Of a DNA stretch of 23,253 nt, positions 1 to 9,047 are shown piece after piece. Below the pieces are notes generated by a model, which did not search any database, was not told where the DNA came from, and saw nothing but the letters and a program-made list of their open reading frames with translations. Position 1 is the first letter of the stretch, and each line of letters begins with the position of its first letter. Source of the stretch: a virus (Duplodnaviria; Heunggongvirae; Uroviricota; Caudoviricetes); IMG/VR virus record IMGVR_UViG_2778261381_000011. One strand, 5' to 3'. The translations under genes and the position numbers were made by a program.

Positions 1-1572
1 TCACCGATCTCCTTCACGGTAATACGCAGGAAGTGAATAAGATGTGTAAACTTCCCGCCATTCGCTCCATGAGCTGCCGGTAAAAACGCGCTCAAACGTG
101 CGACCTTTAAGGGTTGTACCTGTTCCGGCAGTTGTATAACGCTGCCATACGTTAACACCATCAAAGCGCCTCAACACTTCCAGAATACCGAGAACTGTCA
201 CGCCGTTTCCATCCAGTATTGGACCGTTGCTCGCTTTACCTGTAACGCTGTAAATACCTGGTGAAGTCACATCATTCAAATCCCCGTCGTAATAACGACT
301 CTCTGACTGATGACCGACTCTTAACCACGGTTCCCACTGCGGATTTGATGCATCCCAGCTTGCCGCAAGGCAGCGGACGTACATATTTCCACGGCGAGTG
401 GTATAACGTTGCGTTCTTCCATAATTCCCGCCTTCGAGGATCTCAAGCGTCCCCTGAGCAAAGCCGCCTTCCTCTGGATAATTGCGTTCATATGAAGCTA
501 TAGCCGAGCTACTGTTACGCCATAAACCAAGATGCTCTGCGGCTCCAAGCGTATTCAGGTCTATAGTCGTACTCAAAGGGCGGGTAGCTGATTGAGTGTG
601 ACGCCATATGCCCCACGGACCATCAGAGCCATTCCACTTATTGGCGAGTCTGCGTATGTATACATTGCCGTCTCTCGTGGTAAAGCGTTGTGTACCTGCA
701 AAATTGCCGGCAGCAAAAACCTCAAGCACACCGACAGCATTATCTTCCGGGAAATTTTTCTCCAGTGTTGCGTTAGTTGAGGTAGCTTTAGACCAGATCC
801 CCAGATAAGCCTTAACGGGACCAAATGTATTGAGATCAGCATCAAGCGGCATTTCGCCATTGTTTTTCATAAACGTCAGGCTGGTAACGCCAACATTGTC
901 CAGAAAAGCTGATTTATCCTGGATATCTGCACCGTTCTGATTTTTCGCCAGACGTGAATTTGCGTTGTCATTTGCTGCCTTGACCGCTTTTGGCGTTGCC
1001 GCCAGCTTTTCACTGGTGCTGTTTGTTGCACTGCTTAACTGAGTAAAACCTTTTTCTGTCAGCGTGGCGTCAGGATGGCGGCAGGACTGCTCATGCTCTG
1101 CGATTTTGTCATCGACGTAATCCTGCGTCGCCATCACCGTGCTGGCATCAATACTCAGCTCAACGGACGCCACGTTGCTGAGAATAATAACCATGCGGCA
1201 GGTCTGCGCACGTCCGGAGCCTTCAGCCAGTTCTGGCTTATAGCTTTCTGCCATGTTGGATACCGCAATCAGTGTTCCGGCATCGTCATACAGACCAAGC
1301 TCACGCATCCAGAAGCCGCCCACTTCGGGCGGTACAACCAGTTCAGCCACGATATAGTTTTTATTCTTGTTATCCACGCTGACTTTATTCAGAGCGTGAC
1401 GCCAGACCTCATGCACCAGTTTCGTCTGACCGGCATCCGGCACCGGCAATTTGCCATTACCGTCACCCACGGCCATTGCAGACAGGTTTACTTTTTTCCC
1501 GCCGGGGACAGTGGCGGCTGCCAGCTTTGCGGCTCCGGCAGTAGTGATAACGGTTTTAAATTTCGTGCTCAT
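1..1572 (-). CDS. H: Tail fibre protein gpH, N-terminal 523 aa; C-terminus lies beyond the left window edge
   Basis: Starts MSTKFKTVITTAGAAKLAAA..., highly similar to my recollection of the P2 gpH N-terminus; ORF runs open to position 1. Confidence 0.9.
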   Translation of the reverse strand: MSTKFKTVITTAGAAKLAAATVPGGKKVNLSAMAVGDGNGKLPVPDAGQTKLVHEVWRHALNKVSVDNKNKNYIVAELVVPPEVGGFWMRELGLYDDAGTLIAVSNMAESYKPELAEGSGRAQTCRMVIILSNVASVELSIDASTVMATQDYVDDKIAEHEQSCRHPDATLTEKGFTQLSSATNSTSEKLAATPKAVKAANDNANSRLAKNQNGADIQDKSAFLDNVGVTSLTFMKNNGEMPLDADLNTFGPVKAYLGIWSKATSTNATLEKNFPEDNAVGVLEVFAAGNFAGTQRFTTRDGNVYIRRLANKWNGSDGPWGIWRHTQSATRPLSTTIDLNTLGAAEHLGLWRNSSSAIASYERNYPEEGGFAQGTLEILEGGNYGRTQRYTTRRGNMYVRCLAASWDASNPQWEPWLRVGHQSESRYYDGDLNDVTSPGIYSVTGKASNGPILDGNGVTVLGILEVLRRFDGVNVWQRYTTAGTGTTLKGRTFERVFTGSSWSEWREVYTSYSLPAYYREGDR

Positions 1573-1582
1573 TGTTTCTCAC

Positions 1583-2113
1583 TTATCCGGGATAAACAGT
1601 AATAACATCACCATCACAGACCACACCGCCTGTATACAGATAGCCGGGAATGTCCTGGATAATGTTCAGACCGATAAGGTGGCGACTTGCGGGTTTGGCA
1701 TCGGCAATCAGCCGTTCCATTTCCAGATACATCTCCTCCGTGATACCGCTTTCCAGCACACCGATATCAAGGCGAAAGGTTCCGGGCGGGTCGTTTGTCT
1801 CCCACCATTCCTTTACGTTAATGAGATAGCCGAGCGGCTCCACCACACGCCGGATTGCACCTATAGTGCCCTTATGACAGTGGATGAAATAGGCATCGCG
1901 GATCACGGCGCGTTTTGTCGCTTCCGGCCACTTTTCATCCCACCTGTCGACCGAAAACGCCCACGCCAGCCACGGCAGCAGATTTGCCGGACAGGTATCC
2001 GGGTTCCACAGCTCACGAATACTGACCGGCGTTTTTTCAATTTCCGCACAGGCTTTTGCGGCAGCAACTTCAAGTGGTGATGAGCCGGTCGGCAGCAGTC
2101 GCGAATCACTCAT
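1583..2113 (-). CDS. I: Baseplate assembly protein gpI
   Basis: 176 aa, same length as P2 gpI; lies between J and H as in P2; overlaps J stop by 8 nt. Confidence 0.9.
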   Translation of the reverse strand: MSDSRLLPTGSSPLEVAAAKACAEIEKTPVSIRELWNPDTCPANLLPWLAWAFSVDRWDEKWPEATKRAVIRDAYFIHCHKGTIGAIRRVVEPLGYLINVKEWWETNDPPGTFRLDIGVLESGITEEMYLEMERLIADAKPASRHLIGLNIIQDIPGYLYTGGVVCDGDVITVYPG

Positions 2114-3014
2114 CCGAGCCTCCGGTCACGACGCGGTATTCGGTACAGAAAGACGCCTGCGTACTGTTGAGCACGATGTCGGCCAGTGGTGCAGCCAGTT
2201 CGACACGCTGCACACCTTCCACATGCAAAGCGGCATAAATGGCAGACAGACGGATGTCGCGCCCCAGTCGGTGCTGTGCCGTGATATATGCTTCCAGTTT
2301 TTTCACGGCGGCCGCGCGGATGGGTTCGCTTTCGGGACCAGGGTAAAGGTAAAGCGTGGCGTTTATCTGGTATTCAACAATGGCGGCAGACTGCACGGTC
2401 ACGCGGTCGGCCACCGGTCTGACGTCCTCGCCATTAAGGGCGTTACGCACCACGGCCAGCAGGTCTTCGGATGCGACGCCGTTATTTTCACGTGACAGCA
2501 CAGAGATGGTGACGCAGGCCGGAGACGGACTGGTGACAGAGATATCCGCGACGCGCCCGTCGGCACTGCGACCATGATACTGATAGGCACCCACCGACCC
2601 GGCGACGCTTAAACCCTCAAACGCCTGCTGAATACGCAGACGATAATCGGTGTCAGACTCCATCACTGCCGGTGTCGGCGGGATGGTCGAATCATCTGCC
2701 GGGGTGATAATCAGGCGCGTGGTGTTGTAATTGGCACCAATCACATCAAGGTCATTACCGGCGGCACAGGCCAGCATTACCGCCCGTGCGGCCTCATTCA
2801 CACGCTGACGCCAGATAAGCTCACGATAAGCATTTTCCTCCAGCAGTTTGAGGAGAGGCTCGGATTCCAGCGTCAGGGTACGGGCAACCGCCTCCTGCTG
2901 GTCTTCCGGGTAAAGGGAAATCAGTGTCGCCTTGCGTTCGGCAAGAATGGTTTCAAAGTCCAGCTCCTCGACCACATCCGGTGCGGGTAGCTGGTTCAGG
3001 TCGATAATCGGCAT
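2106..3014 (-). CDS. J: Baseplate assembly protein gpJ
   Basis: 302 aa, P2 gpJ length and position, immediately downstream of W. Confidence 0.9.
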   Translation of the reverse strand: MPIIDLNQLPAPDVVEELDFETILAERKATLISLYPEDQQEAVARTLTLESEPLLKLLEENAYRELIWRQRVNEAARAVMLACAAGNDLDVIGANYNTTRLIITPADDSTIPPTPAVMESDTDYRLRIQQAFEGLSVAGSVGAYQYHGRSADGRVADISVTSPSPACVTISVLSRENNGVASEDLLAVVRNALNGEDVRPVADRVTVQSAAIVEYQINATLYLYPGPESEPIRAAAVKKLEAYITAQHRLGRDIRLSAIYAALHVEGVQRVELAAPLADIVLNSTQASFCTEYRVVTGGSDE

Positions 3015-3018
3015 GGTT

Positions 3019-3366
3019 TCAACTCACAGGGATGGTTAACGAAAGTGGCTGGCCGGTGTCGTTGTGCTGACCGGTTAACGTGACCGTCATTCGCCCGTCA
3101 AAACTGCGCTCAGTGGTGACGGATGACAGGGTGACGCGGGGTTCCCATTTCAGCACGGCCATGTAACAGGCGACCTTAATCTGCAACTCAAGCGCCGGGG
3201 TCTGCGGCTGGTCAATCATTGACGCCAGCAACGAGCCGTAATCACGACGCATCACCCGTGAGCCGACCGGCGTGCGCAGGATATCGCCGATACTCTGGCT
3301 GATATGCTCAAGGTCAGTGACCGTCAGGCCATCACTGCGATTCATTCCGAGATAACGCGCTGTCAT
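3019..3366 (-). CDS. W: Baseplate protein gpW (GPW/gp25 family)
   Basis: 115 aa, P2 gpW length; overlaps V stop by 4 nt. Confidence 0.9.
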   Translation of the reverse strand: MTARYLGMNRSDGLTVTDLEHISQSIGDILRTPVGSRVMRRDYGSLLASMIDQPQTPALELQIKVACYMAVLKWEPRVTLSSVTTERSFDGRMTVTLTGQHNDTGQPLSLTIPVS

Positions 3367-3998
3367 AGAGGACTCCCGGTTGTGCCGCCGCTGTCGCCGG
3401 GGTGTTTATGGGTATGCAGTACCTTACCGTTTGATGAGAGTTCACCGCCGGTGTGTTCAATGTTGCCGCGCATCGTCCCGCCCTTCTGCACTTCCAGCGT
3501 GCCGGTAATCAGCCTGTTGGTGCAGACCACCTCTGGTGTGTCCAGGGTGACGCGGGTTGATGCTTTCACCGTGACCACCGGCACCGTGGCAGTAACAGAA
3601 TCAGAAGCCGTCACGCTGGCCGTTTTAATTCCGCTTACCGTAAGTGCACTGGTTTCGGGTTCATACTCAATCACCGCCCCGTCAGGGAAACGGATATGCA
3701 GGGCATCCGCCGACGCAGACGGCGCGGGATTATCGCCGGAATAAATCCCCGGCAGAACAAACGCCGTGTCGAGTTCACCGCCCACGGCCAGAATCAGCAC
3801 CTGTTCCCCCACGGAAGGTGCCCACCATGTGCGCGAACGCCCGGCACGATGGGTCAGCCACTGAAGCCAGTCGGTGCACATGCCGCCGGTCTGCACACGG
3901 CAGCGACCGGCGTTAAGGTCGGTTTCGACGATAACGCCGGTGCGAATCATGTTGCGCAGTGCGCGCGCGAGTTCCTGAATATTTGCGAGAGTGTTCAT
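3363..3998 (-). CDS. V: Baseplate spike/assembly protein gpV
   Basis: Track ORF starts at a TTG (4034); the internal ATG at 3998 gives MNTLANIQELARALRNM..., the P2 gpV N-terminus, and a 211-aa product. Confidence 0.9.
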   Translation of the reverse strand: MNTLANIQELARALRNMIRTGVIVETDLNAGRCRVQTGGMCTDWLQWLTHRAGRSRTWWAPSVGEQVLILAVGGELDTAFVLPGIYSGDNPAPSASADALHIRFPDGAVIEYEPETSALTVSGIKTASVTASDSVTATVPVVTVKASTRVTLDTPEVVCTNRLITGTLEVQKGGTMRGNIEHTGGELSSNGKVLHTHKHPGDSGGTTGSPL

Positions 3999-4075
3999 AA
4001 CGGGAAGGATGCCGCCGGACGATACCAGCAGCAATCATGGAGGACTCTGTCAGCCGTGACACAACATAATAAATA

Positions 4076-4831
4076 TTAGTTGTAACACTTCTCTATAATC
4101 TTCATACACTCCTCATGAGCTAAATCATGGCTGTCAAATTCTTTATTAAAAAAGAAGAAAAACGCCTTCTTAACCTGAGGCATTTCAATAAAAATAAATT
4201 CATCAACCTTATGAAAGAAATGAAAACTCTTGTTTGATGTTTCAAAAACCATCAAAGAATTATGTTTTTTATCCTTCCATTTCGACATCAGATTGCGTCG
4301 CGATTTTCGTATAATCCTGAAGACATCCCCCGGCGTCGTATCGACATTCCCCCAAAACATTGCAACCGGGAAGTTTGCAAGGAAAGGGATATAATCACCC
4401 CCTTTATACCTGAGAAAGCGGGTCCGTAAATCCATTAATTGCAACTTAAAGCCCATGTATTGCAACCACCATATGATGCAATCATATTCATAATCTGTTA
4501 ACTCATCCCCCCTTTTTTCCGTAAGAAATTTCTTCAGGTTATACTCAAACACTCCCAGCAAATCAGAATTGCACACTCTGCATGCTGGTACAGTGGCTTT
4601 AATGTAATGAGTTGACTGATTATTCTTTTTATTAATTAAAGATTTTTCAGCATTTGACTCAAAGGCCCACTGAGGAATAATGTGCTCACGAGTAATATCG
4701 TCAGAACTCCCGCATAACACACATATATCAGCATTATGGTCGGCAATAATACAATCCATAACTTTCTTTTGAGAATGCTTTACTCTTTTTCTCAAAATGG
4801 AAAACTTTTTATCCACAAACACCCGTCTCAT
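4076..4831 (-). CDS. Hypothetical protein with HNH-nuclease-like zinc-finger motif; AT-rich cargo gene in the P2 orf30 slot
   Basis: 251-aa ORF. CVLCGSS-DDITREHIIPQ ... NKKNN ... CRVCNSD fits the CxxC...(D/E)H...N...CxxC pattern of HNH (beta-beta-alpha-Me) nucleases. Composition visibly AT-rich versus flanking S and V. ATG overlaps the S stop (ATGA); an alternative ATG at codon 25 exists. Confidence 0.6.
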   Translation of the reverse strand: MRRVFVDKKFSILRKRVKHSQKKVMDCIIADHNADICVLCGSSDDITREHIIPQWAFESNAEKSLINKKNNQSTHYIKATVPACRVCNSDLLGVFEYNLKKFLTEKRGDELTDYEYDCIIWWLQYMGFKLQLMDLRTRFLRYKGGDYIPFLANFPVAMFWGNVDTTPGDVFRIIRKSRRNLMSKWKDKKHNSLMVFETSNKSFHFFHKVDEFIFIEMPQVKKAFFFFFNKEFDSHDLAHEECMKIIEKCYN

Positions 4832-5286
4832 ATAACATCTTTCGATAGAATCACTAATAACTCCCTTTCTATCAATTGTATAGATTCCTTGTCAAAACCA
4901 AATAACTCACGAACAGGATATTCCACCACAGCACTGTTACGCCCCGGCTTATCCCTAAGCCCTAATTGATGTACCCGCGCAATTCGTTGTACTCCGCTGG
5001 CAAACGCCACCACAGCCGCACTCTCGCTACCTGTTGCTTTCATAAACCGGTTAGTGCGTAATTTCACAAACATTTCCCGCTTTATCCGGCCTTTCTTATT
5101 TCGTACTGGTTGGTTTTTTCTCGGTACATACGGCGTACCATCCGGGGCTTTTTGTAATTTAATTCGCTGCTGCTGGCGCTGGCGCAGCTTCTTCGCAATA
5201 TCTACCGCCAGTCTCCGGCGCCCTGACGGTGACAGCGACTCAATAAGTCCGGTCAGCCGGTCTTCAAAACGCTTAAACTCATTCAT
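4828..5286 (-). CDS. S: Tail completion protein gpS
   Basis: 152 aa, begins MNEFKRFEDRLTGLIESLSPSGRRRL..., P2 gpS-like; position after R. Confidence 0.9.
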   Translation of the reverse strand: MNEFKRFEDRLTGLIESLSPSGRRRLAVDIAKKLRQRQQQRIKLQKAPDGTPYVPRKNQPVRNKKGRIKREMFVKLRTNRFMKATGSESAAVVAFASGVQRIARVHQLGLRDKPGRNSAVVEYPVRELFGFDKESIQLIERELLVILSKDVI

Positions 5287-5746
5287 CCCACTTGCTCACC
5301 AGTTCGCGATTGATATACAGCTCCATCGGGCGGGTGACCGGCTCCGGCGGCGGAGGTTCCGGGATATTCTTCACATGCAGCGCACCGTCAACCTCACTGA
5401 CCAGCGTGCGCTCGGTCAGCATCAGGCTGATACTGATATCAAAGCTGCTGTCATTGTTGATGTCTGCATAAAATGTGAAGCCTTTTTTCTGGCCTTCGTC
5501 AGTGGTCATGATGTCGGGCTGATTTTCCCGCAGCCACGCCAGCACCGGCACAATGAGCAGGTCAAAATCACCGGTAAAATCGGTCACAATGACATTGAGC
5601 GTGTAACGCTTTTCGAATGACAGCGACGTCGCCAGTGTGGAGGCAATACTCCCGTTATCCACGAATATCCGCAGCATCTCGGGACTGGTTTTCAGCACCG
5701 TGACGGCATCAGTCAGCGCCCTGCGCAGGCTGTCGGGTTTGAGCAT
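5279..5746 (-). CDS. R: Tail completion protein gpR
   Basis: 155 aa, P2 gpR length and position; overlaps S start by 8 nt. Confidence 0.9.
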   Translation of the reverse strand: MLKPDSLRRALTDAVTVLKTSPEMLRIFVDNGSIASTLATSLSFEKRYTLNVIVTDFTGDFDLLIVPVLAWLRENQPDIMTTDEGQKKGFTFYADINNDSSFDISISLMLTERTLVSEVDGALHVKNIPEPPPPEPVTRPMELYINRELVSKWDE

Positions 5747-5999
5747 CGTTTTCGTCCTGACAGTGTTTAATCATTTTTACCTGGCTGGCACAGCGTGCCA
5801 GCGCGTTCTCAAGCTGCCGGATATCGGCACTTAAATCGCCGTTCGTCTCCGGGTCACTGCCCGGCATCGGGCAAAGGCTCACTTTCGGGCAGGCGTTGGC
5901 GACAATCACTGGCGTCTGCGCAGGCCGGGCGCTGGTGCAACCGGCGCACAGCATCAGGCAGGTCAGCACCGTACCAGCGGCGAAAATCTTCGTTTTCAT
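5709..5999 (-). CDS. lysC: LysC, Rz1-like outer-membrane lipoprotein (o-spanin), nested out of frame in lysB 3' end and R 5' end
   Basis: Internal ATG at 5999 preceded by GAGG; product MKTKIFAAGTVLTCLMLCAGC... has a lipoprotein signal and lipobox (LCAGC); 96 aa. Confidence 0.85.
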   Translation of the reverse strand: MKTKIFAAGTVLTCLMLCAGCTSARPAQTPVIVANACPKVSLCPMPGSDPETNGDLSADIRQLENALARCASQVKMIKHCQDENDAQTRQPAQGAD

Positions 6000-6279
6000 T
6001 GAGTAACCTCGTGATGGTTTTCTCGCGCTGTGCTTCACGCTTCGCGGCGTTCTCCAGCTCCTGACGCAGTGCCACCTGCGCCAGCTCGTTTTTGTCTGCC
6101 CTGGTGAGCGCAACATGAAGCTGATTTTTCAGCATGGTGATGGTCGTCTGCTGCCCGCTGGCAACGTTGTTCGCCCTGTCCAGCGAGGCGCGCAGGCTGG
6201 CATTTTTGTGTTTCACAAGAAACAGACCGGCCACCGCCAGTGATAACAACACAACCAGCACAATCATCAGCCTTGACAT
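5854..6279 (-). CDS. lysB: LysB, Rz-like inner-membrane spanin
   Basis: 141 aa; N-terminal TM segment (LMIVLVVLLSLAVAGLFLV) then a charged helical region; P2 lysB position and length. Confidence 0.85.
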   Translation of the reverse strand: MSRLMIVLVVLLSLAVAGLFLVKHKNASLRASLDRANNVASGQQTTITMLKNQLHVALTRADKNELAQVALRQELENAAKREAQREKTITRLLNENEDFRRWYGADLPDAVRRLHQRPACADASDCRQRLPESEPLPDAGQ

Positions 6280-6692
6280 GGTTCCCGCCCCTCAAAACGC
6301 TGACGGCAGGCCGTACGTATCAGCCGGAAGAACACCGACACCACGAGGTAAATCAGCGCAGTAAAAATCCACCCGGCGGCAACCAGCGAGATAAATGTCG
6401 CCACCATCACCACCAGAGCTACTGCCCGTCTGCGCCACGGCACCGGCTGCAAAAACAGCGACATGACAATCTTCACGGCCAGCGATTCCGGCGGAAGCTC
6501 CCGCCCGTAGCGTTCCAGCACATACTCAGTGGCATACATGCCGACACCACCGGCAACCACACAGATAACCGTCGCCAGAATCGCCCAGGCAGCGACAAAA
6601 CTTACGGCCACGCTCTGCGGGTAAATCAGGGACAGTGCCAGCATCAGCGCCAGCGACACGTTCAGCATCAGTGAAAGGGATAATTTCTTCAT
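6267..6692 (-). CDS. lysA: LysA, membrane protein of the lysis cassette
   Basis: 141 aa with multiple hydrophobic segments; between K and lysB as in P2. Confidence 0.85.
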   Translation of the reverse strand: MKKLSLSLMLNVSLALMLALSLIYPQSVAVSFVAAWAILATVICVVAGGVGMYATEYVLERYGRELPPESLAVKIVMSLFLQPVPWRRRAVALVVMVATFISLVAAGWIFTALIYLVVSVFFRLIRTACRQRFEGREPCQG

Positions 6693-6706
6693 GGTGTTTA
6701 CTCCGT

Positions 6707-7204
6707 TTAAGCCGGTACGCCGCCAGCGGTACGCCAGACGGTGACCAGTTTTTCCAGTGAATGCTCACGCTGACCGTAACCGGCACCCGGCAGGGACGCC
6801 CAGATATTGCGACAGCGTGAAATGGCGCGCTCAATGCGTCCCGCCCGGATGTCATCCAGTGCACCGCGTTCGCGGATCAACTGAATGGCAAGTCTGTCCT
6901 GTGACAACGGACTGAAATCCGGCAGGGCAAGCTGTTTGCGGTAATGCGGCCAGAACAGGTAAAGCTGCTGATAACGACCGGAGGCCGTGGATTTTTCACC
7001 GCGACGGTTAAACACCTTCGCCGGTCGGCCATGTGCGAACGGGTGGTCACTGTAGTCGGTGAAGATTTCCGGCTTCCCGTCCAGTCCGGTGACTATCACG
7101 TCATAGCCCCGGTTTTTCGTCAGCGGATGATTCGCCGTCCCTTCGGACACGGCCAGCATGTCGAGAAAGGCGGCGATATTCTGATGCGTGTTAATTACCG
7201 GCAT
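6707..7204 (-). CDS. K: Endolysin gpK
   Basis: 165 aa, P2 gpK length; directly downstream of holin Y. Confidence 0.9.
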   Translation of the reverse strand: MPVINTHQNIAAFLDMLAVSEGTANHPLTKNRGYDVIVTGLDGKPEIFTDYSDHPFAHGRPAKVFNRRGEKSTASGRYQQLYLFWPHYRKQLALPDFSPLSQDRLAIQLIRERGALDDIRAGRIERAISRCRNIWASLPGAGYGQREHSLEKLVTVWRTAGGVPA

Positions 7205-7485
7205 TACGGTTTCCCCCTGCCCTTAAAGCGGCGCTGAATGGCAATCTCAATCACCTGATAACCGGCGATACCCAGCATGGAGCCAATGCCGCACACCGCT
7301 GGCAGTGACAGGTCAGGAAACTGCACCAGAACAACACCGGCAACCATCGAGACAAAACCACCGAGCAACATGCGCCCGATAAACAGACGCGGGGTGATGG
7401 GTTCACCACCGGCAAGCACCTTGCCGACAACAATCAGCACCCCAATCATGAAAAGCGACAGGACGCTTTTTTCTTCTGCTGTCAT
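7204..7485 (-). CDS. Y: Holin gpY
   Basis: 93 aa, hydrophobic TM segments and charged C-terminus (RRFKGRGKP); P2 Y length and position. Confidence 0.9.
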   Translation of the reverse strand: MTAEEKSVLSLFMIGVLIVVGKVLAGGEPITPRLFIGRMLLGGFVSMVAGVVLVQFPDLSLPAVCGIGSMLGIAGYQVIEIAIQRRFKGRGKP

Positions 7486-7488
7486 GCG

Positions 7489-7692
7489 TTACTCCCACAG
7501 ATTGACAGTTTCAGCCACGGGCGCGGTCTGAACGTCGGGCAGTTCGACGGCGGTGCCGTGTGGCAGCACCGCACCCAGTTCAGCCAGTCCCGGATTTGCG
7601 GCGAGCACGGTCTCAACCACGCCCTCAGTGCGCCCGTAATACCGGACACAAATGGCGTCGAGCGTGTCGCCCTGTAGCGCAAAGGTCTTCAT
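7489..7692 (-). CDS. X: Tail protein gpX
   Basis: Internal ATG at 7692 gives a 67-aa product MKTFALQGDTLDAICVRYYGRT... as in P2 gpX; start overlaps the L stop as TGATG. Confidence 0.9.
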   Translation of the reverse strand: MKTFALQGDTLDAICVRYYGRTEGVVETVLAANPGLAELGAVLPHGTAVELPDVQTAPVAETVNLWE

Positions 7693-8201
7693 CAGATTTG
7701 ACTCACGATGCAGCGCGGCTTGTCCTGGATACGCGCCACCGCCCAGCGCATATCCCGCCAAAGTTCATCAATGGTGCTGTCAATGCTGTCAGCCTTCTTG
7801 TCGCCTTTCGCACTGGCATCCACGCCGCGATAACGCTCATAAAGCGACGCGGTCGCCATCGCACACACAGCGCGCTCGTAGTAAAAAACTTTGATGCTTT
7901 CACCGTCGATGTCGTCCGCCGGAACGTCCGCCAGACGCGTAAAACCGGCGGCAATTTTCTGTTCGCGGTACTCGTACAGCTCCGCATTCGTCTCCGCCAT
8001 GCCTGACTTGATGGCCTCACGCAGACGGGCGGGGGCGACGGTCTGCTCAAGGCGCATACGTTCCCGGACGCGCTTCGGGTCGATATCAGGAAAAAAGAAC
8101 GTGTTTTTAATCACCGGCTCGTCGCCTGCCGGTTGCGGGATGACCACCGTACCCTCACCGGACACGGGAGCCTCCTTTCGCGGAATAATCAGCGTCATCA
8201 T
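7692..8201 (-). CDS. L: Head completion/stabilisation protein gpL
   Basis: ATG at 8201 gives MMTLIIPRKEAPVSGEG..., 169 aa as in P2 gpL; GAGG-containing RBS upstream. The track's longer N-terminus is not supported. Confidence 0.9.
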   Translation of the reverse strand: MMTLIIPRKEAPVSGEGTVVIPQPAGDEPVIKNTFFFPDIDPKRVRERMRLEQTVAPARLREAIKSGMAETNAELYEYREQKIAAGFTRLADVPADDIDGESIKVFYYERAVCAMATASLYERYRGVDASAKGDKKADSIDSTIDELWRDMRWAVARIQDKPRCIVSQI

Positions 8202-8300
8202 GACTACCTCTGAAAAGTCGGGCGGTGGACGCCGGTGCAGTGTCAGGTGATTCACTCCCACTGACCGGCGTGCCGCCCTGGCGCGGGGCGCATTCGGTTG

Positions 8301-9044
8301 TTAACTGGCTTTCTTTTTCGGGCGTCCACGTTTTGCCGGTGTCGCACTCCGGGTCTTACGCGGGGCGCTGGTGGCCGCTTTTGGCTGTGGCTCCGGCTTC
8401 GGTTTCAGTTCCCGCTCCAGTCGTTCAATCTCTTTTTTGACGCCTGCCTGACAGTCGAGCTGTGTCGCACGTTGCAGGTGCGCCAGCGCACCGGCGGCAT
8501 CACCAGCGTCACGCAGAAACAGACCGGTGATTTTGTGCAGCTTTGCGCGCACTTCATCAGGCATGTCTGCCGTGGCAGTCAGTTCAAGGGTGTCCGTCAG
8601 CAGGCGGGGTTCCACGGATTCACCGGCAGCGTGAGCGCGCATGGCCGCGAGCGCCACTTCCTCGGTGAACATGTACGGCGGGGTGCGGCGGTGTTTCCCC
8701 GGCATGGTCAGACCGTATTTCAGGGCATAACGGGCAATCTCCAGCGCACCGGCAATATCGCCGGTATCCAGACGCCACAGCATGACCGTCATCAGAATGT
8801 CATCCTGTGCACCTTTGCCCTGCTCCAGCACACCGTTCACCCACGGCAACCAGAACGGCAGCAGCTCGCGCTTTTTCGCGGCCTTAAGCTCTTTTGAATA
8901 AATCGCTTTCAGTGTGCGCTGGTCTGCGGCGAGCTTAACCAGCATCTGCTCATAGACAGTTGCATGTCGCAGCGGGGCGGCTTCCCGCTGCGCGGTCATC
9001 GCTGCCGAGACCCGCATCATGTGGCGCTGTGCGGGACTCGTCAT
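8301..9044 (-). CDS. M: Terminase endonuclease (small) subunit gpM
   Basis: 247 aa with basic C-terminal tail (PKKKAS); P2 gpM length; downstream of N. Confidence 0.9.
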   Translation of the reverse strand: MTSPAQRHMMRVSAAMTAQREAAPLRHATVYEQMLVKLAADQRTLKAIYSKELKAAKKRELLPFWLPWVNGVLEQGKGAQDDILMTVMLWRLDTGDIAGALEIARYALKYGLTMPGKHRRTPPYMFTEEVALAAMRAHAAGESVEPRLLTDTLELTATADMPDEVRAKLHKITGLFLRDAGDAAGALAHLQRATQLDCQAGVKKEIERLERELKPKPEPQPKAATSAPRKTRSATPAKRGRPKKKAS

Positions 9045-9047
9045 CGG

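Noticed and set aside
1075-2080. Plus-strand track ORFs 1075..1602 and 1451..2080 (175 and 209 aa)
   Set aside because: Fully antisense to the well-supported H and I genes; no RBS and no recognisable domain. Treated as shadow ORFs of GC-rich coding sequence.
3999-4034. N-terminal extension of V from the track's TTG start
   Set aside because: The ATG at 3998 reproduces the P2 gpV N-terminus and length (211 aa); the extension is unsupported.
3999-4075. Ogr-type late promoter (TGT-N12-ACA) upstream of V
   Set aside because: Only TGT/ACA pairs with 10- or 13-nt spacing were found by eye, not the N12 dyad; left unannotated.
4145-4165. Run of five Phe codons (TTT/TTC tract) in the HNH-motif gene as a possible slippery or frameshift site
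   Set aside because: No downstream out-of-frame ORF or stimulatory structure was seen; most simply a codon run in an AT-rich gene.
8298-8897. Plus-strand 199-aa ORF antisense to terminase gene M
   Set aside because: Shadow ORF within a P2 gpM homologue; R/G/C-rich low-complexity translation typical of the antisense frame.
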